NCBI GenBank assembly: GCA_902596165.1
Contig: CACJSU010000004.1
Coordinates: forward strand, 35,864 to 99,863
DNA: 64,000 nt
Reading direction: 5' to 3'
Origin: an uncultured SAR86 cluster bacterium
Lineage (GTDB): Bacteria; Pseudomonadota; Gammaproteobacteria; Magnimaribacterales; D2472
This document shows positions 10,368 to 19,588 of the stretch, piece after piece. The notes under the pieces were generated by a model, which saw nothing but the letters and a program-made list of their open reading frames with translations, was not told the origin of the DNA and searched no databases. The position numbers and the translations under genes were made by a program. Every line of letters starts with the position of its first letter. Position 1 is the first letter of the stretch.

Positions 10368-12195
10368 TAATAAGGCTCTTTAATACTTCTATTGCTACTG
10401 GTCCAGCAACAGCTCCCCCACTCTCTCCATTTTCAATTACTACAGAAACAGCATACCTAGGATTGGGCATTGGGCCAAAGGCAATAATTATAGAATGGTC
10501 TCTTAACAGTTCTGATGTTCTTACTTCTTGATAAGCTTCCTTGCTATCTAGACTAACAAGCTCTGCTGTACCTGATTTACCGGCCACTTGAAATTCCTTC
10601 AGATCGCGAATACTTCTTGCTGTCCCATAATCACTTTCAATGACGTCAAGTAAAGCCGCATGCATTTTTGTCCAATCTGAATCATCAAATCCATCATCTT
10701 GCCAAGTTTTAAAAGATTTTTTCTGATTATCCATGATAGCAAGAGAGGGCTCAGCAAACTCTCCCTTAGTGGCAAGCAAAGAGGCATAGTTAGCTAACTG
10801 CATAGGAGTTGTTACTAAATACCCTTGTCCAATACCAAGGTTCACTGTATCGCCTTTAACCCAACCTACGTTCATCATGCTATATTTCCATTCAGGAGTT
10901 GGAACAAAAGCTTTATCTTCATCAAAGCAATCTAAACAAACTTTTTGTCCAAACCCGATGCTTGAAAAGTGATTTGATAACTTCAGAATATCTGCTTGAT
11001 AAGCAAGCGAAAGAAAATACGTATTTGAGCTTACTAAGAAGGCTTTGTGCATGTCCACCTTTCCGTGACCTCCCTTACGCCACCCTCTAAAGATTCTTCC
11101 TGTCTCAGGCAAAGTAAAAAATCCAGGATCGTCCATTACAAAATCCCAGCTTACAATATCGTTTGATAGTCCATACATACCAATTGCAGGTTTAATTGTT
11201 GAGGCTGGCGGATACCTTCCTTGTAAAGCTCTATTAAAAAAAGGTTTATCTGGATCATTGATTAAATCTTGAAAATCAATCTCACTCATACCATTGGACA
11301 GCTGATTAATAGAATAAGCAGGTGAGCTGTACAAGACATTAATACCTCCAGACTCAAGATCTATTGCGACAACCGCACCTCTTCTATTACCTAGATATTT
11401 CGCAGCACTTTGCTGAGCCTCAATATCTAAATGAGTGTACAAGTCAGATCCTTTTACAGGCTCAAAAAAAGATAGTGATTTAACAAATTGACCCATTGCA
11501 TTCATTTCGAAAACCCTTTGCCCATGCTTGCCACTCAAGTAATGATCATAGACCTCTTCTAATCCTGTCCGACCCCTAATGAGACCATGAGCATAAGATA
11601 ATTCTGCATCTTTCCAATGACTCCTTGGAATTTCTGGCATTGATTTATATGCATCGTCTGTTCTTGATGTGTAACCTAAAACATGTGAAAAGATTTTGGG
11701 GTAGTCACTAATTCTTCTGTATCGTTTTGCAATAAATGCATTCTGAAAATTAAAACTTCTTACATAAAATCGGGCAATTTCTTCATCAGAAAGATCTTTT
11801 TTTAACACTAGTTCCTTGTTTACAAATGCTTTCTCTTTTTGGAGTTTTTTATATCTATTTTTTTCAGCCTGAGAAAGAAAAATTACAGGCTCAATTTCTT
11901 CTAAAAAAGAATCTATATTTGAAATAAAATTTGGACGTGTAATCAAATCAAAGGTTGGTTCATTTTTGACAAGAGCTTTGCCGTTTCTATCAAAAATCTC
12001 GCCCCTAAGCGCCTGAACAGGCACTGCATAATTTTTATTTTTTAGTGCAGCAAGCTGGTAGTCTGAGTAACCAGAGACTTGCAAAGAAAAAACTTTTATT
12101 AAAACGACTAATAGCGACAAAATAATTAAGCCGAAGAGCAAGATTGCTCTTGAGGAGAAATTATTCTTTTCAATCTGTCTTTCTTCAAAAATCAT
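10360..12195 (-). CDS. mrdA: Penicillin-binding protein 2
   Basis: RGEIFDRNG, PASTIK (SxxK), SSN, KSGTAE; N-terminal TM anchor. Confidence 0.96.
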   Translation of the reverse strand: MIFEERQIEKNNFSSRAILLFGLIILSLLVVLIKVFSLQVSGYSDYQLAALKNKNYAVPVQALRGEIFDRNGKALVKNEPTFDLITRPNFISNIDSFLEEIEPVIFLSQAEKNRYKKLQKEKAFVNKELVLKKDLSDEEIARFYVRSFNFQNAFIAKRYRRISDYPKIFSHVLGYTSRTDDAYKSMPEIPRSHWKDAELSYAHGLIRGRTGLEEVYDHYLSGKHGQRVFEMNAMGQFVKSLSFFEPVKGSDLYTHLDIEAQQSAAKYLGNRRGAVVAIDLESGGINVLYSSPAYSINQLSNGMSEIDFQDLINDPDKPFFNRALQGRYPPASTIKPAIGMYGLSNDIVSWDFVMDDPGFFTLPETGRIFRGWRKGGHGKVDMHKAFLVSSNTYFLSLAYQADILKLSNHFSSIGFGQKVCLDCFDEDKAFVPTPEWKYSMMNVGWVKGDTVNLGIGQGYLVTTPMQLANYASLLATKGEFAEPSLAIMDNQKKSFKTWQDDGFDDSDWTKMHAALLDVIESDYGTARSIRDLKEFQVAGKSGTAELVSLDSKEAYQEVRTSELLRDHSIIIAFGPMPNPRYAVSVVIENGESGGAVAGPVAIEVLKSLINE

Positions 12196-12662
12196 TATTT
12201 ATGATACGGATGGTTTCTATTAATTGTGCTAGCTCTATATATTTGCTCCATTAAAAATATTTTAAAAAGTCTATGAGGAAAAGTTAATTCAGATGCAGAT
12301 AAAATTAATTTTGAGGATTCTTGGAGCTTCTTTGATGATCCATGGGCGCCACCGATAATAAAATTAATATCTTTTCCACAATCTATTTGATCTTGCAAAA
12401 GACCAGCAAAACCAAGACTATCTATCTTTTGTCCTTTTCTGTCCCAAAGAATGACATGAGCGTTCAGATCAACATGCTTTAATATCTCTATCCCTTCGGC
12501 TTCTAATATAGATGTTATGTTCATTGATTTTGAAGAAAAGGGTTTTACCTCGGCATAAGCTACTTGAAAATTTTTAGGTAACTGTTTGGAATAAAATTGT
12601 AGTGCCTGTTTCTCCCAATGGGACGGCTTATGAGTAATACTTATAATTTTGCATTTCATCAT
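12195..12662 (-). CDS. rlmH: 23S rRNA pseudouridine(1915)-N3 methyltransferase
   Basis: FIIGGAHG, TFPH, EQIYRA, C-terminal HPYHK. Confidence 0.95.
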   Translation of the reverse strand: MMKCKIISITHKPSHWEKQALQFYSKQLPKNFQVAYAEVKPFSSKSMNITSILEAEGIEILKHVDLNAHVILWDRKGQKIDSLGFAGLLQDQIDCGKDINFIIGGAHGSSKKLQESSKLILSASELTFPHRLFKIFLMEQIYRASTINRNHPYHK

Positions 12663-12997
12663 GCAGAAATAAGAGTCTTTTCACCCCACAAACTTTCTAA
12701 ATCATAAAATTCACGAGTCTCTTGTTGCATGATATTAACCACAACATCTCCACAATCAACTAAAATCCATTCTGAGTCATCTTGCCCCTCAATCCCCACT
12801 AAATGCTGGTTATGAAGTTTTATTGATTCAATTAATTTATTCGAAATTGCTTTTGCGTTTCTTGAGGAAGATGCTGTAGCAATAATAAACCAATCAGCAA
12901 AACCTGAAATTTCACGAATATCTAAAGCAAGAATATTCTGAGCTTTTAGATCATCTAAGGCTTCACAACAAATGGTTTTTAAATCAAGATTCTTCAT
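12659..12997 (-). CDS. rsfS: Ribosome silencing factor
   Basis: DLKAQNI, WILVDCGDVVV, REFYDLESLW. Confidence 0.96.
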   Translation of the reverse strand: MKNLDLKTICCEALDDLKAQNILALDIREISGFADWFIIATASSSRNAKAISNKLIESIKLHNQHLVGIEGQDDSEWILVDCGDVVVNIMQQETREFYDLESLWGEKTLISA

Positions 12998-13156
12998 AGA
13001 AATAATTCACCTTATGGTGCATTTTGAAATTGTTTGAATTAATTTTAATTTTACGTCCAAGCTTAAGAATCAGAATATCTAACTTAAAAGAATAAATCTA
13101 TTAAATATTTCTAATTTATATACTCTATCTATCGATCTTTTGATTAAGATGGGTAT

Positions 13157-13612
13157 ATGGATTTTGTAAACTCTTTTATTCAGTGGTTTTCAGACCATCC
13201 TGAAATACTGATGGGATTAGGCATATCTTCTATTTTTATTTTTTTGCTAAGTATTTTAGGTATTAGTTGGTTTGTGGCAAACATACCAGAGGATTATTTT
13301 CTAGAATCTGTAAGAAAACCTACAAAATGGAGCGAACAAAAACCAATCCTGAGATTGGCAGTAATATTGGGTAAAAATATAATCGGACTGTTACTTATTA
13401 TAGGAGGGTTATTAATGCTAGTGTTGCCAGGTCAAGGCCTTCTTACGATGGTAACAGGGTTGCTATTAATAAATTATCCAGGTAAATATAGATTAGAGCG
13501 AAAGCTTGTAAGTAAACCTTCAATCTTTAGAACTTTAAATTGGATAAGGATAAAAGCAAATAAGCCACCGCTTAAAAGAAATACTACTCATCAATTAAAT
13601 AAAATTAATTAA
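13157..13612 (+). CDS. PGPGW-family membrane protein
   Basis: Hydrophobic segments with IPEDYF and LVLPGQGLL…YPGK motifs. Confidence 0.75.
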   Translation: MDFVNSFIQWFSDHPEILMGLGISSIFIFLLSILGISWFVANIPEDYFLESVRKPTKWSEQKPILRLAVILGKNIIGLLLIIGGLLMLVLPGQGLLTMVTGLLLINYPGKYRLERKLVSKPSIFRTLNWIRIKANKPPLKRNTTHQLNKIN

Positions 13613-13716
13613 GCTTTATTACTTGACTTAAAGTATCCTCTAGTTTGTATATTGCTTGATAAATATAATATAGGTTTTATTAGCCTATATCTTAAAAAAT
13701 TAATGCGGGAGACAAT

Positions 13717-14724
13717 ATGGTAATTAAAAATAAAAAATGGGTTTTAAAGGAAAGACCGAGTGGATTGGTCAAAGACTCAGATTTTGAGCTTGTTATAGAG
13801 ACTCTTCCTGAAATTAAAGAAGGAGAGATTCTTCTAGAAAATATGTATCTTTCATTTGATCCAACTCAAAGAGGCTGGCTGAATGATGTACCTGGATATC
13901 TTCCGCCTGTTCAGATAGGTGAAGTTGTTAGATCGGGTGGCATGGGAAGAGTATTGGAATCGAAAAATCCAGATTATAAAGTTGGTGATTTAACGTTTGG
14001 TTTGATTGGTTGGCAAACTCATTGCGTGACTAAGCCTGAAGCTGATGATAGGTTTAGAGTAGTGCCCGATCTTCTCCCTATACCAACAATGCTGAATGTT
14101 ATGGGCACAACAGGCATTACCGCCTACTATGGATTATTAGAGCTTGGAGATCCAAAACCAGGGGAGACGGTTCTAGTTTCAGGAGCTGCTGGCGCCACAG
14201 GATCGGTTGTTGCTCAGATTGCTAAACTTAAAGGGTGTCATGTCATAGGTATAGCTGGTGGCAGAGAAAAATGTGATTGGCTGAAAGAAGTTGGCGTGGA
14301 TGATGTGGTTGATTATAAAAATTCAAATGTGCATGAAGAATTGCTAAATGTTGCAAAAAATGGAATTGATATCTATTTTGATAATGTTGGCGGCAAGATA
14401 TTGGAAACAGTTCTTAACTTGATCAATATAAATGCTCGGGTCCTGTTGTGTGGGGGGATTTCATCTGGCTATGATGCAACCAGGCCACCTGATGGACCAA
14501 ATAATTTATTTTCTTTAATCTTCAAGAGAGCGACAATGCAAGGGTTTCTGGTCCTAGATTATCTTCCACGATCGCAACAGGCTTTAGAAGAAATTGCTAC
14601 TTGGGTTATGGAGGGCAAGCTCAAACATAGAGAAGATATCCAAGAGGGAATTGAAAACTGCCCCCAAACTTTAAATAGACTCTTTACTGGAGAAAATAAA
14701 GGTAAGCAGTTATTAAAAATTTAA
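13717..14724 (+). CDS. NADP-dependent oxidoreductase (CurA/YncB, prostaglandin reductase-like MDR)
   Basis: YLSFDP, VSGAAGATGS, YFDNVGG, GENKGKQL; RBS GGGAG upstream. Confidence 0.9.
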   Translation: MVIKNKKWVLKERPSGLVKDSDFELVIETLPEIKEGEILLENMYLSFDPTQRGWLNDVPGYLPPVQIGEVVRSGGMGRVLESKNPDYKVGDLTFGLIGWQTHCVTKPEADDRFRVVPDLLPIPTMLNVMGTTGITAYYGLLELGDPKPGETVLVSGAAGATGSVVAQIAKLKGCHVIGIAGGREKCDWLKEVGVDDVVDYKNSNVHEELLNVAKNGIDIYFDNVGGKILETVLNLININARVLLCGGISSGYDATRPPDGPNNLFSLIFKRATMQGFLVLDYLPRSQQALEEIATWVMEGKLKHREDIQEGIENCPQTLNRLFTGENKGKQLLKI

Positions 14725-15320
14725 GTTGAGTTTTCTGAAATTTTATTAACTAATTTTGCTAAAATATTCATGCGTTGAGTTGCATCAAATGCTTCTAGCA
14801 AAGCTTGTTTTTGAATAGGCGTTATTGGAATAAGCCCTGCTAATTGATAACTGACAGATTCCGCTGATAACAGATCAATCTCTAAAGGCAGAGATTTAAC
14901 TTGTGGATGCTCTTTAAGCTGACTAAGGACATTTATGAGCTCTGGAAATTGAGCCAATACAGCCTGGTCATCAACCACTGGTTCAGAAATTGGAGAGATG
15001 GATGCATAATGCAGTCCTGATTCGAGTTGTTCAACAGATTTTATCGATACTTTTTGCGATCCTTTGACAGTGATCCCTAGTAGTCCATTGGGCAACTGGT
15101 TGAAATCAATAATTTCAACGAAGGTTCCTTGGGACATAAAATTCTCACCGGATTGGTTGTTTTTGCTCAATGTTATGACAAAGCCCGCATCGGTTCTCAT
15201 GCAATTTTTTACCATAGAAAGGTATCTGGGCTCGAAAATTTGGAGAGTTTGTATGGTTCCCGGCAAAACAACCAACCCTAAAGGGAAAACTGGAAGTTTA
15301 TTTGCTTTTGATGAGGTCAA
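14721..15320 (-). CDS. Lon N-terminal (substrate-binding) domain protein
   Basis: LPVFPL…PG…LQIFEPRYLSMV signature; no ATPase or protease domain. Confidence 0.88.
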   Translation of the reverse strand: MTSSKANKLPVFPLGLVVLPGTIQTLQIFEPRYLSMVKNCMRTDAGFVITLSKNNQSGENFMSQGTFVEIIDFNQLPNGLLGITVKGSQKVSIKSVEQLESGLHYASISPISEPVVDDQAVLAQFPELINVLSQLKEHPQVKSLPLEIDLLSAESVSYQLAGLIPITPIQKQALLEAFDATQRMNILAKLVNKISENST

Positions 15321-16599
15321 TGATTGGCTCCGATATTTTTCTACTGTCTTTATTACTCATTATCAATATAACATCAATATTATCTATATCCCGTTTTAAA
15401 TCTTCCAACAACAAATTTATAGAATCATACTCAAAGTCCTGATTTTTTTTGCTTGATAAATTTAACCAATAGACTTGTTCTAAACCGGAAGCACTATTAT
15501 ACAACTCTGACCCATGATGCCCCTGAGACATCGTATTTGAGGCAAGTTCTACAATGCCCGCTATTTTTTTAGATGAAAAATGGCTAATAGCTGCCTCTAC
15601 CGTGAAAGATATTGCAGTAGGGTGATGTGCAAAATCATCAATAACAATTTTGTCATTGTTTTGAAATACAGTTTCAAATCTTCTCTTAACACCATTTGAA
15701 TTTTTAAGTGCTAAGAATGATTGCTGTGGGTCAACTCCATGAAGAAAAGATGTATACATAGCCATGACTGCATTGTTTAAATTATGCTGGCCATGCATTG
15801 GGAGTTCCCTTAAATCAAACTGCTGACCTTCAAAATGAATAATCCCCTCCTCAATTGAGAGTTTTATATTTTCTTCGCTGCCAAGTTTGTGTGTATTTGA
15901 CCAACAACCCATCTCAATTAAGTTCATAATATTTTCGTCACCATCATGAAAAAGTATATTTCCATTTGCAGGAATCGTTCTTATTGCGTGGTGGAATTGC
16001 TTTAAAATATCAGATAAATCATCAAATATATCAGCATGATCAAATTCAATATTATTTATAATGAAAGTGTCTGGATGATAATGAATAAATTTTGAGCGTT
16101 TATCAAAAAATGCTGAATCATATTCATCGGCCTCAATTACGAAAAAATTAGATGTGCCTAGACGGGCAGAATTTTTGAATGAATCGCTTACGCCTCCAAC
16201 TAAATACCCCACATCTATGCCTGCAACTTGAAAAATTTCACAAATTAAAAATGATGTTGAGGTTTTTCCATGTGTTCCAGACACAGCAATTACTGTTCTG
16301 TCGCGAATCATTTCACCTAACATTTGAGGGCCTGAGGTATAATTAAGTTTATTGTTTAAAATATGTTCAACGCATGGATTACCCCTACTTAATGCATTGC
16401 CTATTACATAGAGATCAGCAGAGGGCAAAGAGGATTCTTCATAGCCTTCAATCATTTCCACGCCAAGAGAATCTAACTGGTCGGACATTGGTGAATAAAA
16501 TTGTTTGTCGCTTCCAGAAACTATGTGACCTTTTTCAACAAGAATTTGTGCAAGACCGCCCATAAAGGTGCCACAAATGCCTAATATATGAATTTTCAT
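15298..16599 (-). CDS. mpl: Murein peptide ligase
   Basis: MKIHILGICGTFMGGLA, GTHGKTST, EADEYDSAFFDKRSKF, DDFAHHPTAI; start taken at ATG 16599. Confidence 0.95.
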   Translation of the reverse strand: MKIHILGICGTFMGGLAQILVEKGHIVSGSDKQFYSPMSDQLDSLGVEMIEGYEESSLPSADLYVIGNALSRGNPCVEHILNNKLNYTSGPQMLGEMIRDRTVIAVSGTHGKTSTSFLICEIFQVAGIDVGYLVGGVSDSFKNSARLGTSNFFVIEADEYDSAFFDKRSKFIHYHPDTFIINNIEFDHADIFDDLSDILKQFHHAIRTIPANGNILFHDGDENIMNLIEMGCWSNTHKLGSEENIKLSIEEGIIHFEGQQFDLRELPMHGQHNLNNAVMAMYTSFLHGVDPQQSFLALKNSNGVKRRFETVFQNNDKIVIDDFAHHPTAISFTVEAAISHFSSKKIAGIVELASNTMSQGHHGSELYNSASGLEQVYWLNLSSKKNQDFEYDSINLLLEDLKRDIDNIDVILIMSNKDSRKISEPIIDLIKSK

Positions 16600-16614
16600 T
16601 TTTAAATATTTATC

Positions 16615-16630
16615 GGTAACATTTGTTACC
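16615..16630. promoter_or_regulatory. Inverted repeat GGTAACA-TT-TGTTACC between divergent mpl and pfp, overlapping an extended -10 (TGtTACCAT, 16624-16632)
   Basis: Perfect 7-2-7 palindrome read from the sequence. Confidence 0.45.
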
Positions 16631-16659
16631 ATAGACCAAATTAATTAATTTATAAACCA

Positions 16660-17901
16660 ATGAAAAAAAATGCTTTTTACGCACAATCCGGTGGTGTGAC
16701 GTCTGTAATAAATGCATCTGCATGCGCGGTAATATTAGAATCGAAAAAATCTACAAAGATTGGAAAAGTTTATGCCGGCAAAAATGGGATCTTAGGGGCT
16801 TTAAGAGAAGATTTAATAGATACCTCTAAAGAATCAAAAAAATTTATTGAGAGCTTAAAGTATCGTCCAGGTGGAGTTTTTGGTTCTTGTAGATATAAAT
16901 TAAAAAGTATTGAAGAGAATTTAAAAGAATACAAAAGATTAATTGAAGTTTTTCAAACCCATGACATAGGTTATTTTTTTTATAATGGTGGAAATGATTC
17001 TGCTGACACTGCTTTAAAAATTTCTCAGATCAGCAATAAGCTTAACTATCCTCTTCAATGCATAGCAATCCCCAAAACTGTAGATAATGACCTTGCTGTT
17101 ACAGACTGCTGTCCCGGATTTGGATCAGTTGCCAAATATGTTGTTACATCTACAATTGAAGCTGCGCTTGATGTGGAATCAATGCATGAAAGTTCTACAA
17201 AAGTTTTCATCCTTGAGGTTATGGGGAGACATGCCGGCTGGATCGCTGGATCAAGCTGCTTGGCACAAAATAGCCATCCAGGTGCACCTCATATAATTTT
17301 ACTACCTGAAGTAAGTTTCAACCAAAGAAGATTCTTATCAAAAGTAAGAGATACGGTGAAAAAAAATGGCTTTTGTGTGATTGTTGCCTCAGAAGGAATT
17401 AAAGATTCTAAAGGAAAGTTTATCGCTGAATCAGGCTCAAAAGATGCCTTTGGTCATAGTCAACTTGGTGGTGTTGCGCCTCGATTAGCGGAGCTAGTTA
17501 ACAGCAAATTAAAATTAAAAAATCATTGGGCTGTTGCAGACTATCTTCAAAGAAGTGCTAGCCATCTATCGTCAGGTGTTGATAGAGCTCAGGCTTATGA
17601 AGTTGGCAAAAAAGCAGTGCAATTTGCTGTAAATGGACAAAATGGTGTTATGCCGGTAATCAAGCGTAAAAGCTCTAAGCCATATAGGTGGGAGATAGTT
17701 TCTGCACCTTTAACAAAAATTGCTAACGTTGAAAAGAAGCTACCAGCTGGTTTTATTTCAAAGGATGGATTTGGGATGACAAAAAGAGCTCGAAGCTATT
17801 TTCAACCTCTTATTGAAGGTAAAACTGATGAGTTTAGAAATATCAATTATCAAGCTGGTAAAATGGAGATGGTGGCAAAAAAATTAAAGGCTTGGAGATA
17901 A
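16660..17901 (+). CDS. pfp: 6-phosphofructokinase, probably PPi-dependent
   Basis: AQSGG, GGNDS (Asp at the specificity position), PKTVDND, EVMGRHAGW. Confidence 0.88.
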   Translation: MKKNAFYAQSGGVTSVINASACAVILESKKSTKIGKVYAGKNGILGALREDLIDTSKESKKFIESLKYRPGGVFGSCRYKLKSIEENLKEYKRLIEVFQTHDIGYFFYNGGNDSADTALKISQISNKLNYPLQCIAIPKTVDNDLAVTDCCPGFGSVAKYVVTSTIEAALDVESMHESSTKVFILEVMGRHAGWIAGSSCLAQNSHPGAPHIILLPEVSFNQRRFLSKVRDTVKKNGFCVIVASEGIKDSKGKFIAESGSKDAFGHSQLGGVAPRLAELVNSKLKLKNHWAVADYLQRSASHLSSGVDRAQAYEVGKKAVQFAVNGQNGVMPVIKRKSSKPYRWEIVSAPLTKIANVEKKLPAGFISKDGFGMTKRARSYFQPLIEGKTDEFRNINYQAGKMEMVAKKLKAWR

Positions 17902-18375
17902 TGCATTAAGTTGGCTTATAATTCTTGTCAATTCATTTTTAAGAATTAGTTTATCCTCTTCATTCAAAAACGAACCAAAGTAAAACCGCTTCCCTTTGGA
18001 TTGAAAGCAAAATTTTTGAGAATTGTCCTGATCAGTTTTAACTTCGAGAACAGCAAAACTTCTGAACTCTTCCCAGCTTTTTTCTTTAATTAGCCTACCC
18101 TTCTCTAATTTAATTTTTTCATTTGAGATGTAGATCAGCTCTTTTTGTTGGCTCCAACGAAAACTAATAAAAAAACAAGTTAAAACAATAATGACTTCCA
18201 AACCAGCAAAGGGAAGTATCAATGCAGCCCCCATGAAAAAGAAAAAAACTCCAATAGCTAAACAGATAAAAGCAATGCTTCCTAAAAAAAGGACTCGACC
18301 CCAGCCTCTTAATGAATAATTAGGAGACATCTCAATTAAAAAATTATTTTCTGTAGTTTCTTGAATCCTAATCAT
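17884..18375 (-). CDS. DUF2244-family integral membrane protein
   Basis: PNYSL, ILPFAGLE, FGSFLNEEDK motifs; two TM segments; start taken at ATG 18375. Confidence 0.8.
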   Translation of the reverse strand: MIRIQETTENNFLIEMSPNYSLRGWGRVLFLGSIAFICLAIGVFFFFMGAALILPFAGLEVIIVLTCFFISFRWSQQKELIYISNEKIKLEKGRLIKEKSWEEFRSFAVLEVKTDQDNSQKFCFQSKGKRFYFGSFLNEEDKLILKNELTRIISQLNALSPSL

Positions 18376-18388
18376 ATTACAATGGTAT

Positions 18389-19588
18389 ATGGTCACAAGA
18401 ACAGATTTCAACCAATACATGATGCCGACATACAAGCCGGCAGAATTCATTCCCTCAAAAGCAAAAGGATCTTTGCTTTGGGATAAAGAAAATAAAAAAT
18501 ATATAGACTTTGCCTCAGGGATTGCTGTATCGAGTCTTGGGCACTGTCATCCTACTTTAAATAAAGCGCTGGCTGATCAATCAAAAAAAATTTGGCACTT
18601 ATCAAACCTATTAACCAATGAACCAGCGCTTAGACTGGCTAAAATCTTCTGCAAGCATACTTTTGCTGAAAAAGTTTTCTTTGCAAATTCTGGCGCTGAG
18701 GCTGTTGAAGGGGCAATAAAGACTGCTCGAAAATATGCTTACCTCAATCATAGCAAAAGAAAAAATGAGATAGTTTCTTTCTCTGATGCCTTTCACGGCC
18801 GCACAATGATGGCTATTGCTCTTAATGGATCAGATAGATTTATCGAAGGTTTTGGGCCCATGCCTGAAGGTATCAAGCATCATCCATTTAATGATGAAAA
18901 TAAGCTTGAAAAAGCTATTACCAAGAAAACTGCAGCTGTAATACTTGAGCTTGTTCAAGGGGAAGCAGGAATCATTAAAGCAAAAAGAGGCTTTGTTCAA
19001 AAAATTAAAAGATTATGCAAACAAAATAAAGCATTGCTAATAATTGATGAGGTGCAATCAGGGGCTGGAAGAACAGGAACATTATTTGCCTACGAGCAGT
19101 TTGACGTTAAGCCTGACATTTTGTGCTGTGCAAAAGGCATAGGTGGTGGAATTCCTATTGGTGCAATACTTACCTCTTCACAAATTGCTGAGTGCATGCA
19201 ACTTGGCTCTCATGGATCAACCTTTGGGGGCAACCCACTTGCCTGCGCTGTAGCTGAACAAGTCATGATGATGTTATCCAAAAAATCGCTGCTTAATGGA
19301 GTTAAGAAAAAGGAAAAACTATTTTTAAAAGAACTCAAGGATATCAATAAAGAATTTAAATGCTTTAGTGCGATAAGAAGTTCAGGTTTATGGATAGGTT
19401 GTAAGTTGAATGTATCTGAGAACTTTAACTTGGATACCATGATGAAAGCATGCTATGCAAAAGGGCTAATGATTTTAAAAGCGAATAATAATACTATCCG
19501 CATAGCCCCAAGCCTAATTATTGAAGATGATTTAATTTTAAAAGGTCTGGAAATATTGAGGCAGGCTATTCAGGAACAGATTCGCTAG
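18389..19588 (+). CDS. argD: Acetylornithine/succinylornithine aminotransferase
   Basis: [43 protein letters not shown]. Confidence 0.92.
   Translation: MVTRTDFNQYMMPTYKPAEFIPSKAKGSLLWDKENKKYIDFASGIAVSSLGHCHPTLNKALADQSKKIWHLSNLLTNEPALRLAKIFCKHTFAEKVFFANSGAEAVEGAIKTARKYAYLNHSKRKNEIVSFSDAFHGRTMMAIALNGSDRFIEGFGPMPEGIKHHPFNDENKLEKAITKKTAAVILELVQGEAGIIKAKRGFVQKIKRLCKQNKALLIIDEVQSGAGRTGTLFAYEQFDVKPDILCCAKGIGGGIPIGAILTSSQIAECMQLGSHGSTFGGNPLACAVAEQVMMMLSKKSLLNGVKKKEKLFLKELKDINKEFKCFSAIRSSGLWIGCKLNVSENFNLDTMMKACYAKGLMILKANNNTIRIAPSLIIEDDLILKGLEILRQAIQEQIR

Noticed and set aside
5287-12997. Convergent arrangement of leuS-lptE-holA against the rsfS-mrdA-dacA cluster, with nadD, rlpA and lipB/lipA absent
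   Set aside because: A similar convergent layout occurs in other gammaproteobacteria; missing genes may lie elsewhere in the genome
13668-13690. ATATAGG…CCTATAT inverted repeat upstream of the NADP oxidoreductase
   Set aside because: Short and AT-rich with no convincing second copy; cannot distinguish operator, hairpin or chance
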